From IMG/VR virus record IMGVR_UViG_3300038492_000072, positions 1-45,008 of that record: 45,008 nt of DNA. One strand, given 5' to 3'. Shown here in pieces: positions 44,713-45,008 of the stretch; position 1 is the stretch's first letter; every line of letters starts with the position of its first letter. Origin of the DNA: a virus. Its lineage: Duplodnaviria > Caudoviricetes. Position numbers and translations under genes: made by a program. Under the pieces are notes generated by a model that saw nothing but the letters and a program-made list of their open reading frames with translations, did no database searches and had not been told where the DNA came from.

Positions 44713-44946
44713 ATGGGTAAAGTTGTCCGTACATGTAAGAATTGCAAGGCTCAATTCACGGCCCGCCAAGCGGACGTTAATCGGGGCTGGGCTCAGTATT
44801 GTTCCAAAAGTTGTAAGGCAACTGCCCAAGTAAAACGGGGCGGAAAATATCTAGCCTATCAACACCAAAACAATGATGACCCTAACTATATAGACCCTTA
44901 CGACGTTGAGGGGCCGGGCTGGGATGCCCACAAAGACATTTATTGA
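44713..44946 (+). CDS. Small zinc-finger (TRASH-like) protein
   Basis: CKNC..F......RGW..YCSKSC. Confidence 0.75.
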   Translation: MGKVVRTCKNCKAQFTARQADVNRGWAQYCSKSCKATAQVKRGGKYLAYQHQNNDDPNYIDPYDVEGPGWDAHKDIY

Positions 44947-45008
44947 TGAAAGGGAAAACAATGCCAATTAGAGTGTGTGTGTGACGCGCGCTAACTCCAA
45001 ACAGGTCA
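44910..45008 (+). repeat. 99-bp direct repeat, copy 2
   Basis: Identical to 23..121. Confidence 0.92.

Overview
This window is an apparently complete ~44.9 kb dsDNA phage genome (podovirus-type, no RNA polymerase, integrase or repressor recognised). It is circularly permuted: 23..121 equals 44910..45008, and a random-amplification primer tag sits at 1..17. The early cluster of small genes (43547..45008 continuing into 74..3525, +) is followed by an inverted prim-pol/helicase plus HNH gene (-). Next comes an APSE/BPP-1-like replication module (SNF2 helicase, DUF2800 nuclease, DUF2815 SSB, PolA, resolvase), then a T5 A1-like nuclease, a DUF5664 nucleotide hydrolase, and a GH108 lysin and holin (+). 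A late operon on the - strand encodes TerS, TerL, portal, scaffold, MCP, tail adaptor/nozzle, internal virion proteins and tail fibres. An alphaproteobacterial host is inferred, not shown. Most notable: (1) an early protein (2536..3525) carrying isolated catalytic-motif fragments of terminase (ANRVGKT, identical to the phage's own TerL), PolA and possibly helicases, a candidate decoy against pattern-recognition defences; (2) two tandem non-canonical tRNA-like RNAs at the holin 3' end, one with the G3-U70 alanine determinant; (3) two genes out of frame by exactly one unit of a short tandem repeat just after the start codon, plus a third split gene; (4) several repeated RNA structures. All family assignments come from motif recognition, not database searches.
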